28,044 bases of DNA from a virus. Its lineage: Duplodnaviria; Caudoviricetes. Position 1 is the first letter of the stretch. Each line of letters begins with the position of its first letter. The notes beneath the pieces are model-generated. The model ran no database searches. It was not told the origin of the DNA and worked only from the letters and a program-made list of their open reading frames with translations. The stretch lies in the IMG/VR virus record IMGVR_UViG_3300031953_000085, positions 1 through 28,044 of that record; one strand, 5' to 3'. The position numbers were made by a program, and so were the translations under genes. Shown piece after piece: positions 7,089 through 14,903 of the stretch.

Positions 7089-7135
7089 ACACGGAAGCCC
7101 CGCCGAACCCATGAAGGTCGGCGGGGCTTCCGTGT
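7089..7135. terminator. terminator hairpin between convergent genes
   Basis: Perfect 18-bp stem ACACGGAAGCCCCGCCGA/TCGGCGGGGCTTCCGTGT. Confidence 0.8.
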
Positions 7136-7140
7136 GCCTG

Positions 7141-8055
7141 CTATGCGGCGCCAGCGATGTACGCGCTCACGAGGTGCGCCGCATGACGGTCGAGGTTCTG
7201 GCGGCCGCGGTCGTAGCGCGTGGTGATGCGCGGGTCTGAGTGCCTGGCGAAGATCTGGGCGTCGCGCAGCGGGGCGCCGGCGTCGAGTGCGGCCGTGATC
7301 GCAGCGTGCCGCATGGTGTGCGGGTGCGTTCCTACAGGGAGGCCAGCGCGCTTCACGAGGATCTTGCACCGGCCGTAGGCGCCGCGCCTATTCTGCGCCT
7401 TGCCCGCGCGAGTGAGCACGACCGGGCCAGTTGTCCGATCCCCTGCAGCGATGACGAGAGCGCGCAGCACAGGGACGGGGATAGGCATCGTGGCGTCCTT
7501 GTTGCCCTTGCCCGTGAGCTGCAGCACACGGTGGCCACGGACCTCGCTCTGGAAGTCCTCGATCTGCACGTTGCACGCCTCGCTCACGCGCAGGCCCATG
7601 AGCCCCATGAGCGCGAACAGGGCGCCGTCGCTGGGCGAGCTGGCCGACGCGACCTGCAGCAGCTTTCCGAGCTGGTGCCGGTCGAGGCCGAGCGCGCGCG
7701 TCTCGTCGTAGCTGACCTTCGGCATCCGCAGGAACACGGTCGGATCCTTCGCGATGTAGTCGTCTGCCTGGGCGATGCGGTAGAAGCCGCAGAGCGTCGA
7801 CAGTTTGCCGTGCACCGTCGCCGCGTTGTTGCCGCGCACGTCCTCAAGGTGCCGGGCGTAAAGCTCGAGGTGCACGCGCTGCGCGTCGAGGGGTGGCAGG
7901 CCGTTGGCCGAGCACCACTCGAAGAAGAACCGGAGGTCGTTGGTGTACTTGTACCGGGTGTCGCCCTTGTACCGGACGAGGAAGGCCAGAGCGGCCATTT
8001 CCTCAATCGTCATTCCCGGCTTGAAAGTGGGCGCGAGGGCTGTAGGGTTTTGCAT
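7141..8055 (-). CDS. second tyrosine recombinase, XerC/D-like (304 aa)
   Basis: SAM-like N-domain plus MGLRVSE, GKGNK, HPHTMRH and RHSDPRITTRYD; no arm-binding domain; start reassigned to ATG 8055 after GGAG. Confidence 0.92.
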   Translation of the reverse strand: MQNPTALAPTFKPGMTIEEMAALAFLVRYKGDTRYKYTNDLRFFFEWCSANGLPPLDAQRVHLELYARHLEDVRGNNAATVHGKLSTLCGFYRIAQADDYIAKDPTVFLRMPKVSYDETRALGLDRHQLGKLLQVASASSPSDGALFALMGLMGLRVSEACNVQIEDFQSEVRGHRVLQLTGKGNKDATMPIPVPVLRALVIAAGDRTTGPVVLTRAGKAQNRRGAYGRCKILVKRAGLPVGTHPHTMRHAAITAALDAGAPLRDAQIFARHSDPRITTRYDRGRQNLDRHAAHLVSAYIAGAA

Positions 8056-8093
8056 GTTGGCTCCAGATACTTTGCGGTGGATGGATGCCGGCG

Positions 8094-8131
8094 GCCTCGT
8101 CCGATGCGGAAACATCGGGCGGGGCATTTTT
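8094..8131 (+). terminator. hairpin plus T-tract in the recombinase-2 leader (antisense orientation)
   Basis: GCCTCGTCCGATG-cggaaa-CATCGGGCGGGGC followed by attttt; sense -10 TAGAGT at 8146-8151 (- strand). Confidence 0.6.
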
Positions 8132-8169
8132 GTGCCTGCGAGTGGACTCTACGCCTACCCCCTGACAAA

Positions 8170-8227
8170 CACGAATAGGCCCCGGCCGCCATCCCTCCTG
8201 GGGACGACGGCCGGGGCCGTTTTCGTG
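8170..8227. terminator. long hairpin, probable terminator insulating the recombinase from upstream late transcription
   Basis: CACGAATAGGCCCCGGCCGCCATCCC / GGGGACGACGGCCGGGGCCGTTTTCGTG. Confidence 0.7.
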
Positions 8228-8291
8228 CGGGTGGTGCAACAGTCTGGGCGAGAGAGACGGGGTTAGCTGAGAGCCCCGATAGACTGCCCGC

Positions 8292-9425
8292 ATGGCTACG
8301 CGCAATTCCGGGGGAACGTTCGCTCGCGGAAACACATTTGATTTCCTACGACTCCTCGCGGCGCTCTCCGTGTTGGTTCACCATTCAGTAATCCACCTCG
8401 AAACAAACTTCTTCTGGCATTCAGAGTCGAACACGTTCTGGTTCTACGGCGGCGTGCCGTTGTTCTTCATTCTGAGCGGCATGATGATTTTTCAATCAGC
8501 AGAACGATGCCATTCGGCACGTCGACCGTGGCGGGATTTCTACCAAAACCGTGCCCTACGCATCATGCCCGCGATCTACTTCTATTGGATTGTCAGCATG
8601 GCCTTGCTTGTCCTGATCGGCGCTCTAACGATAAGCGAGATGGCTTCCCCGGGATTTATCGCCTTCGCTGCGAGCAACCTGTTCCTGATACCGGTCATCA
8701 GCCCTGGCGCTCTCGACAGCTTTGGCGTGGGCGTCGTCAACGGCAGTCTGTGGACGATCCCGGTCGAGGTATCCTTCTACCTGATCGTGCCGCTCTTCGT
8801 GCTTCTGCTGGTGAAGTCTGGTCGTCGTGTCCTGATTGGCGTGTTGGCGCTTTTGTCGATTGCGGGCTTACTCGCTTTTGCTGCGGCGGGTGGGAACTCT
8901 ACCGAGTCAGTAGCCTGGAAGCTATTCGGGGTAACGTTCGCCCCCTACCTTTGGTACTTCGCAATCGGAATATTTTGGTCAAAGGCGTGGCCTAGCGCGG
9001 TAAAATCGGGGTGGATAGCGGCGGCGTCAGCAGTCACCTACCTTGCAATGGTCAATATCCCCGCCATTGGCGGCGCAGACGTTCTCTTGAACGCGGCTGC
9101 GGCAATCCCCCTGTCCTACGCCGCGGTCTGGTTTGGGTACAACGGCCCGCGAGCCCTGTCTAACGTTGCCGCTCGGATCGGTGATTTGAGCTTCAGCACC
9201 TACATCTGGCACATGATCGTCGTAAACGTGCTGATTTACTTCGGTGCCCGAGACTGGGAAATCTCGGGCACCGTGCTGGTGATGGCGGTTGCTGTTCTAT
9301 CAATGCTTATTGCGGCTGCTTCATGGTGGTTTATCGAGAAGAGTGCACTCTCGCGCAAACGCTACTCCACAGGCGCAGTCGCGGTTACTGCCCCCAGCCG
9401 TAAGTCAACGACGCGACAGCATTGA
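8292..9425 (+). CDS. acyltransferase family 3 (OafA/Oac-like membrane O-acyltransferase)
   Basis: FDFLRLLAALSVLVHHS, GVPLFFILSG, RALRIMP, NGSLWTIPVEVSFY and GDLSFSTYIWH motifs; about 10 TM segments; TAGACT -10 lies 6 nt before the ATG (leaderless). Confidence 0.93.
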   Translation: MATRNSGGTFARGNTFDFLRLLAALSVLVHHSVIHLETNFFWHSESNTFWFYGGVPLFFILSGMMIFQSAERCHSARRPWRDFYQNRALRIMPAIYFYWIVSMALLVLIGALTISEMASPGFIAFAASNLFLIPVISPGALDSFGVGVVNGSLWTIPVEVSFYLIVPLFVLLLVKSGRRVLIGVLALLSIAGLLAFAAAGGNSTESVAWKLFGVTFAPYLWYFAIGIFWSKAWPSAVKSGWIAAASAVTYLAMVNIPAIGGADVLLNAAAAIPLSYAAVWFGYNGPRALSNVAARIGDLSFSTYIWHMIVVNVLIYFGARDWEISGTVLVMAVAVLSMLIAAASWWFIEKSALSRKRYSTGAVAVTAPSRKSTTRQH

Positions 9426-11190
9426 TGGGGGAGGCGGACATATTGGTCACGACCAGCTCGACCTCCTGCGCCCCGGTGAGGGGGTATCGGAGAATGCCCA
9501 AGCCAGTTTCGGCGCGGTCACCGTATCGTTCTGAAGTTTCCGAACTGCGGTGGAAATATGCCTCTCCGGTAACGCGCACGTCAAGCCGCGCCTGAGTGCC
9601 TGCGAGGTCTTTTACGCCGATGTCGAAGATGTGGAGGTTCTTTGCAAAGATTGGCGCGCGAATGACCGCGAACACACGCGACTCGGACGCTGCCAGCGCC
9701 ACGTTCCCGCTTGCCAGGGTTTGCCACGCAACAACGACGGGCGCGGGCGAGGGCCATGCTATAGCAGCCGGGCCACCATACCCGAGGCGGAACTTCCATA
9801 CCCCCCTGCGGCCAGCGGTTCGAGCGACCATATAGAAGAAATCGCCGTGATCTTCCGGCAAGCCGACCGGCATTAGCGACCCGGCAGGAAGCGCCGGTGA
9901 TTCAACGGTTGGCGCGAGCGTGCCGACCTCGTAGATGGTTGCGCCTTGGTCTTCGACCGCGTAAAGATGCACGAGCTTGTCGATCTGGTAGGCGTCATTC
10001 TCCTGTGATGCGGAGATAACCCAGCGCGTGCCATCAGCCGATGCTTTCACACTGAACCATGCCGTTGAGTTCAGTCGGTAGATGCGCTCAATGACGGGCG
10101 ATGCCTGACCGATTTCCGAGCGAGCCATACGGAACAGAAACGGGTTGCTCGTGGAGTCGGATGCCCATGCGATGTAATCGGGGAAGGGCATAAATCCGAT
10201 GGCACGGGGCGCGTCGATGAACTCTGCATCCAGCATCCTGTTGGTCAGGACTGGCTCGACGCTCGTTCGCGCTGCGTCTACCCGGTACATGCCGACAGCG
10301 GCGTGACCGTCTCCGGTGAAAATCCACACGCGCTGGTCAATGTGGTCCCACTGCACGGCGTGAATGTGGCTGATCTTGTCAACGTGCCCGGAGTTGATGC
10401 CGGGGAACGCATGAAACACCGGCCATGTGAGCCCGTCGTCAGTGGAGCGGTACAGGTTCATGGCGGTCACAGCGTCGCCGCCGTACTCGCCGTAATAGAT
10501 GTCGTTGGTTACCTTGTCGATGCACCACGACTGCGTGCCGAGGGGCTGCTGCCCAGCCTGCAACGACCCAACCGTGGCCCATGTAACCCCGTCGTTGGCT
10601 GATCGCTTGATCGTGTTTGCAGAGTTGATCGACAGCAGCGACCCCGCCGCCGTTTTCAGGAACGTTTCTTGCCCAAACGGTGCCCAGTTCAGGTAGGCGC
10701 GCAATACCCACGTCAATCCGCCGTCAATGGATTTGCGAAGAGTCGAGTCGTAGCCGTATGCGTAGATCGTCAGCCCGCCATTTTCCACCCAGAGCACACG
10801 CTCGAACGGAGCGTTTACGTTGGGCCACGACTCGGCGACGGTGAGGATTGGGGCGCGGGTTGGTTTGGGAAAGTTGCCACCTTGCACCTGCTTGGCAATC
10901 GGTGAGGCCGCGTCAATGGTGGTGGACTGACGGATACTTGCAGCCGAGGTCGGGTCAGCGAGAACCGAGTCCACGACCGCGGCCGTCGGGGCGGTGAACA
11001 CCCCCAAAGCGGACTGCGCGGCGACCTTGGCGATGTCTGCCTGACTGGCGTATGACTGCGCCGCCGTCGCCGAGATGTCGGCGGCGGCGGCTGCCTCCTG
11101 CGACAGCACGCGGTCCTCAACGACGATGCGGGTGGTTTCACCCTCGATGGGCGCGGACCCTTCGGTCCATTCAATGCGGGTGACTGCCAT
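9385..11190 (-). CDS. Asp-box/BNR beta-propeller protein, putative receptor-binding protein or glycan depolymerase
   Basis: Three Asp-box motifs (RKSIDGGLTW, KRSANDGVTW, YRSTDDGLTW); Ala-rich helical N-terminal stalk; RBS AAGGAG. Confidence 0.75.
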   Translation of the reverse strand: MAVTRIEWTEGSAPIEGETTRIVVEDRVLSQEAAAAADISATAAQSYASQADIAKVAAQSALGVFTAPTAAVVDSVLADPTSAASIRQSTTIDAASPIAKQVQGGNFPKPTRAPILTVAESWPNVNAPFERVLWVENGGLTIYAYGYDSTLRKSIDGGLTWVLRAYLNWAPFGQETFLKTAAGSLLSINSANTIKRSANDGVTWATVGSLQAGQQPLGTQSWCIDKVTNDIYYGEYGGDAVTAMNLYRSTDDGLTWPVFHAFPGINSGHVDKISHIHAVQWDHIDQRVWIFTGDGHAAVGMYRVDAARTSVEPVLTNRMLDAEFIDAPRAIGFMPFPDYIAWASDSTSNPFLFRMARSEIGQASPVIERIYRLNSTAWFSVKASADGTRWVISASQENDAYQIDKLVHLYAVEDQGATIYEVGTLAPTVESPALPAGSLMPVGLPEDHGDFFYMVARTAGRRGVWKFRLGYGGPAAIAWPSPAPVVVAWQTLASGNVALAASESRVFAVIRAPIFAKNLHIFDIGVKDLAGTQARLDVRVTGEAYFHRSSETSERYGDRAETGLGILRYPLTGAQEVELVVTNMSASPINAVASLTYGWGQ

Positions 11191-11213
11191 GACGCTCCTT
11201 GGTGCTTAGTTGG

Positions 11214-11549
11214 TTATTCGGCGACGTGCTTGGCGGGGAGACTTGCAGCCTGCGCAGCGTCGGCGCCGGCGGGCTTCGGGGTGGCGCCGAGCCCGAATTG
11301 AGTGAGCAGGTCGTTCACCTTCGTGAGCGCCATGATCCGGGTGACGAGGAGAGCGAGCGCAGCGATGAACGCGGCGGCGGTGGCGATGAATCCGATGACC
11401 GGCGAGGTCGGCCAGAACTGCGCCACGAATTCAGACACGAGCGGCAGCGCCAGCACGGCAATACCCGCGACGGCGAGGAACACCTGCAGGCTCGTTCGGA
11501 AGGATGCGCGCCACGGGTGGACGACCTGGGTGGGTGAGGTGGTGGTCAT
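11214..11549 (-). CDS. holin-like membrane protein
   Basis: HPWRASFRT followed by two TM helices and TRIMA; lies in the lysis cassette; start at ATG 11549. Confidence 0.75.
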   Translation of the reverse strand: MTTTSPTQVVHPWRASFRTSLQVFLAVAGIAVLALPLVSEFVAQFWPTSPVIGFIATAAAFIAALALLVTRIMALTKVNDLLTQFGLGATPKPAGADAAQAASLPAKHVAE

Positions 11550-12178
11550 GGAGTGTCTCCTGTGGGTTGGGCCGCGCACTCGTAGGTCGGCGCGGCGGGG
11601 TCGTACGGTTCAGTGCGGGTGCACTCTTGCTGTGTTCCGGTTGCGTCGGTGAACGTCCATGAGGCGGGGGATTCACCGCGTGGGCCGGGTGTCGTTGAGG
11701 TTGGCCCGGTCGCGCCGGCGGCGCCGTCTGTGCCGTCAGCCCCATCCGTGCCGTCTTGGCCGTCGCCGCCCGCTTGTCCCGGGACTGTCGAAGCTGGGCC
11801 GGTTGGCCCCTCGGCGCCGACCGGCCCGGGCACTGTCGAGGTGGCGCCCGACTGACCCCGGCAATCCAAGCGCACACCGCAATACGCGGCGACCTGCTCA
11901 CGAACCTCGTCAGCAGTCGGCGGACGACCCGCAGCACCCGTCAGGCCGATCTCTCCATCGCTGCCCGTCTTCCCGGTGACGGTCTTGGCAGGCGGGGCGA
12001 CGGGCGTTTCCCCTTGGCTTTGCACCTGGGAGCGCAGCGCATCATTGTTGGTGGACAGCTGCGCGAGCTGCGCGTCTTGTCGATCTACGGCGCTCATAAG
12101 GAACGCCATGGCGCCGAGCAGCCCGAGCACGGCGATCGCGGTGACAACATTCGGACTAAGGCCTCTGCGTGAGGTCAT
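11546..12178 (-). CDS. membrane-anchored collagen-like protein
   Basis: N-terminal TM, short coiled coil, Gly-X-Y runs (GGDGQDGTDGADGTDGAAGATGPT), two Cys pairs; start at ATG 12178. Confidence 0.75.
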   Translation of the reverse strand: MTSRRGLSPNVVTAIAVLGLLGAMAFLMSAVDRQDAQLAQLSTNNDALRSQVQSQGETPVAPPAKTVTGKTGSDGEIGLTGAAGRPPTADEVREQVAAYCGVRLDCRGQSGATSTVPGPVGAEGPTGPASTVPGQAGGDGQDGTDGADGTDGAAGATGPTSTTPGPRGESPASWTFTDATGTQQECTRTEPYDPAAPTYECAAQPTGDTP

Positions 12179-12486
12179 ACCTGAAATCCTCCCTGAACGA
12201 TGAATATGACGATGGCTGATACGAACGGGCTCGCGATGAGGGCGATGATTGTCCATCGGTTGCGGGATCTCTGATCTTCGGCTCGGTTGTCGGCGGCTGT
12301 CTCGGCTGCCTTCGCTGCCCGAGCCTCTGTCTCAAGGTCGCGCAGACGAGAGTTCATTCGTTCCTTGTCTGCGTTGTAGACGTCGAGCGATACGACTTTG
12401 CCGGTGAACTGTCGAATGGCTTCTTCGACGCGGGTGAGGCCCCGCATGAGTTCCCACGGTGTGGGGTCGGGGCCGTTGTCAGCCAT
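12175..12486 (-). CDS. coiled-coil protein with a single C-terminal TM (lysis accessory)
   Basis: RLRDLETEARAAK coiled coil, then WTIIALIASPFVSAIVIFIV. Confidence 0.75.
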   Translation of the reverse strand: MADNGPDPTPWELMRGLTRVEEAIRQFTGKVVSLDVYNADKERMNSRLRDLETEARAAKAAETAADNRAEDQRSRNRWTIIALIASPFVSAIVIFIVQGGFQV

Positions 12487-12559
12487 CTACCTGCACGGGC
12501 ATGAGCGAGTCTGAGATGGTTTCAACTTCGCAGTTCGAGTGTGGGTGGGTAGCGTTCAT
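12479..12559 (-). CDS. putative 26-aa leader peptide MNATHPHSNCEVETISDSLMPVQVDG
   Basis: Strong RBS AGGAGG; stop overlaps the next ATG (ATGGCTGA); below the ORF-track size cutoff. Confidence 0.5.
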   Translation of the reverse strand: MNATHPHSNCEVETISDSLMPVQVDG

Positions 12560-12601
12560 AGCTAGCCCTCCTGTCTGATCTTGGTCAGGTGGGTTGGGTT
12601 A

Positions 12602-12636
12602 GCCCCCGGTCGACGCTTGGCGTGCCGGCCGGGGGC
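12602..12636. terminator. hairpin immediately after the endolysin
   Basis: GCCCCCGGTCG-ACGC-ttg-GCGT-gc-CGGCCGGGGGC. Confidence 0.6.
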
Positions 12637-12642
12637 GGTGGC

Positions 12643-13455
12643 CTACTTGGCCAGTCGTTCCCGTTCGCGCTTGTCCTGCTCGTCCTGCACCGCCTTTGCG
12701 ATCGCCGCGTAGTCGACGTCGGCGCCCGCGCCGCCCTGGGCCTGAGGCATGGCGGCGAAGAGCGTGGACACGATCTCGGCGACGAGTCCCGACCGGCGGT
12801 TCGCGGCTTCCCGGATCAGAGTTGTTACTTCGTCCGGGGTGAGGACATCAGCCCCGAACACCTTCTCGTTCAGCGCATAGGACCAGCCCTGCGCCGTGCT
12901 GGTGTACGCCTGCGAGGTGAACTCGCCAATGAGGGCGATGGTGCCACCCGTCACTTTGACAATCTTCATGGCTTCTTCTTTCGGTTCGGGGATGGCGGGG
13001 ATGACGATGGGGGTCTGGCTTGAGGCCCCGGTACTGGTGCTGCTGATGTAGGGGTTCGGGTCGACAATGCTGCCGTTGATGCGCAACTCGAAGTGCAAGT
13101 GCACGCCGCTCGCATTGCCCGTGTTGCCCATCCATGCGATCTGCTCACGAGCGGCGACATGCTGGCCAACACTCACCAGGGGAGTGCTGCCCGGAATGTG
13201 CGCATACAGGGTGGAGTACCCGTCGCCGTGGTCGAGCAGGATGTAATTCCCGTACCCGCCCTTGCGGTCATTCGTCGGTGCGTGCTCGCCCCACCGAATG
13301 AATGCAACGCGTCCAGCGGCTGCGGCGTAGACCTGCGCGCCGCTGCCCCAGCCGTAATCGTTCCCGTTGTGCGGAATTGTCGAAACGCCCGGAACCGGCT
13401 TGTCCATATAGCGACGTCCCGGCTCCTTGTTCGCCGGCCGAATTAGGGTGATCAT
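12643..13455 (-). CDS. endolysin, M23 family peptidase
   Basis: HNGND (HxxxD), GYGNY, YAH and GNTGNASGVHLHFE (HxH) motifs. Confidence 0.92.
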   Translation of the reverse strand: MITLIRPANKEPGRRYMDKPVPGVSTIPHNGNDYGWGSGAQVYAAAAGRVAFIRWGEHAPTNDRKGGYGNYILLDHGDGYSTLYAHIPGSTPLVSVGQHVAAREQIAWMGNTGNASGVHLHFELRINGSIVDPNPYISSTSTGASSQTPIVIPAIPEPKEEAMKIVKVTGGTIALIGEFTSQAYTSTAQGWSYALNEKVFGADVLTPDEVTTLIREAANRRSGLVAEIVSTLFAAMPQAQGGAGADVDYAAIAKAVQDEQDKRERERLAK

Positions 13456-13997
13456 CAGTCGCGCGAGTATTGCAGTTCGCCGAGGCTCACCGTCGAACCG
13501 GAAGAGAACGATCCCGTTGCGATAGCATCACCGCCGGATTGGATGACGATGTTTCCCGAGTTCGTGCCGATCCATGCCGCGAACTGCTTGTTGTTCGGCG
13601 GTCGAAAATCCAGGGGTATGTTGAACAGCTTCGAGGTGTACCCGGACCCTGCGAGAAGTACGCCCTGAACTGATACCTTCCCGCTGCGAAAGCGGTAGGC
13701 GGGCGTGCCCCAAACGCTGGGCAGGTAGGCCGTCCACCCCGTGGCGGGAGTAAGCGTTATCCACCCGGTGTCGCCGTCCCCGTACCCCCAGCCTGATCCG
13801 AGCCACACCCGCGAGATGCCGCTGTCCTCGACGAGGATGGTGCGGCCGATCCAGTTGCCGGACAGCGGAAGGTTCGCGGCGGTTGGCTTGGTCTCCCCGA
13901 GCAGCGGGTCGAAGTGCTCGAATACGCCAGTGATCTGCGCGGGGCCTTGCATCGGTCCGGAGTTTGCGACCTCGGTGTAGTTGGTGCGGCCTGTCAT
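13455..13997 (-). CDS. minor tail protein
   Basis: DTGWITLT...YR...V...G...LFNIPLDFRP pattern typical of actinophage tail proteins; synteny. Confidence 0.7.
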   Translation of the reverse strand: MTGRTNYTEVANSGPMQGPAQITGVFEHFDPLLGETKPTAANLPLSGNWIGRTILVEDSGISRVWLGSGWGYGDGDTGWITLTPATGWTAYLPSVWGTPAYRFRSGKVSVQGVLLAGSGYTSKLFNIPLDFRPPNNKQFAAWIGTNSGNIVIQSGGDAIATGSFSSGSTVSLGELQYSRD

Positions 13998-14024
13998 GAG
14001 TGCTCCTTGCTGGCCATGAGCCGG

Positions 14025-14903
14025 TTAGTTGGTCCAGGTGATAGTGATCTGCCCAGAGGATGAGGCGGGGCCGTAGCGCCGCCATCCGAAGGTTTTGTAC
14101 AGGCCGACACCGAGTGCGGAGCCCGTCTTGAGAGCGTTGGCGAAATCCATGATGCTGATGTCACGAGTACCGCCGGGAACGGACAGAGCGCCGGTCAAGT
14201 TCGGTTCGCCGCCACGTGAACCCTCGCTGTGGGTGCCCATGCGAGACGCGACACCGGGGACTTGATCCCATTCCTGTGTCAGGTGGATGCTGGCCGACGA
14301 GACCGCGGCAGAGTTGGGGATCGTGTCCCGAATCTGGGCGCCGTACCAGTAGAACGCCGACCGCCCATCGGACACTTCCGCGGACTGCCCCGCATACGCG
14401 CCGTTCCGGTAGTTGCCCGAATCGGTCGGGTAGAACGTCTTCGACTGCGGGCCGGGTGACCCGGAGTCTCCCGGAGGAAAGAACTCGTCCACGACAGGTT
14501 CGCCGCCGTACGTCGCCCCGACTGCACGCCCCTCATGGTCAAGGCGCACCCGCTGCCCCGTGGAATACGCGCGGGTCGCATCGTAGGGGTAGACGTAGGT
14601 GACATTGTCGTCCCCGAGGACCGTCACAAGACCACCCGAGGGCACCACCATGACCGTTCCGATTGGGGCGCGGGGCTTCGGACCGATGCACACAGGGATC
14701 GTGCCGAGATACCCGACCTGCACTTTGTCGCCGGGCCATGGCACCGCGCCCACCATCGGCATGTTCTGGGCACCGCCGCCGACGTTCACGACGGCATACC
14801 CGCTGCCCAGGTCAACGCTCACGCACTGGCCCTCCGACGTGCTCGAAAACCCTGCACGCGAACTCGCTGCGCCCTTCGCTACACCCCTGCCGATGCTGCT
14901 CAT
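14025..14903 (-). CDS. minor tail protein
   Basis: Synteny; beta-rich with a PWPGDKVQV baseplate-like segment. Confidence 0.7.
   Translation of the reverse strand: MSSIGRGVAKGAASSRAGFSSTSEGQCVSVDLGSGYAVVNVGGGAQNMPMVGAVPWPGDKVQVGYLGTIPVCIGPKPRAPIGTVMVVPSGGLVTVLGDDNVTYVYPYDATRAYSTGQRVRLDHEGRAVGATYGGEPVVDEFFPPGDSGSPGPQSKTFYPTDSGNYRNGAYAGQSAEVSDGRSAFYWYGAQIRDTIPNSAAVSSASIHLTQEWDQVPGVASRMGTHSEGSRGGEPNLTGALSVPGGTRDISIMDFANALKTGSALGVGLYKTFGWRRYGPASSSGQITITWTN

Noticed and set aside
8228-8291. Invertible promoter switch upstream of the acyltransferase (CAGTCT/AGACTG)
   Set aside because: Only a 6-bp inverted repeat, too short to support phase variation.
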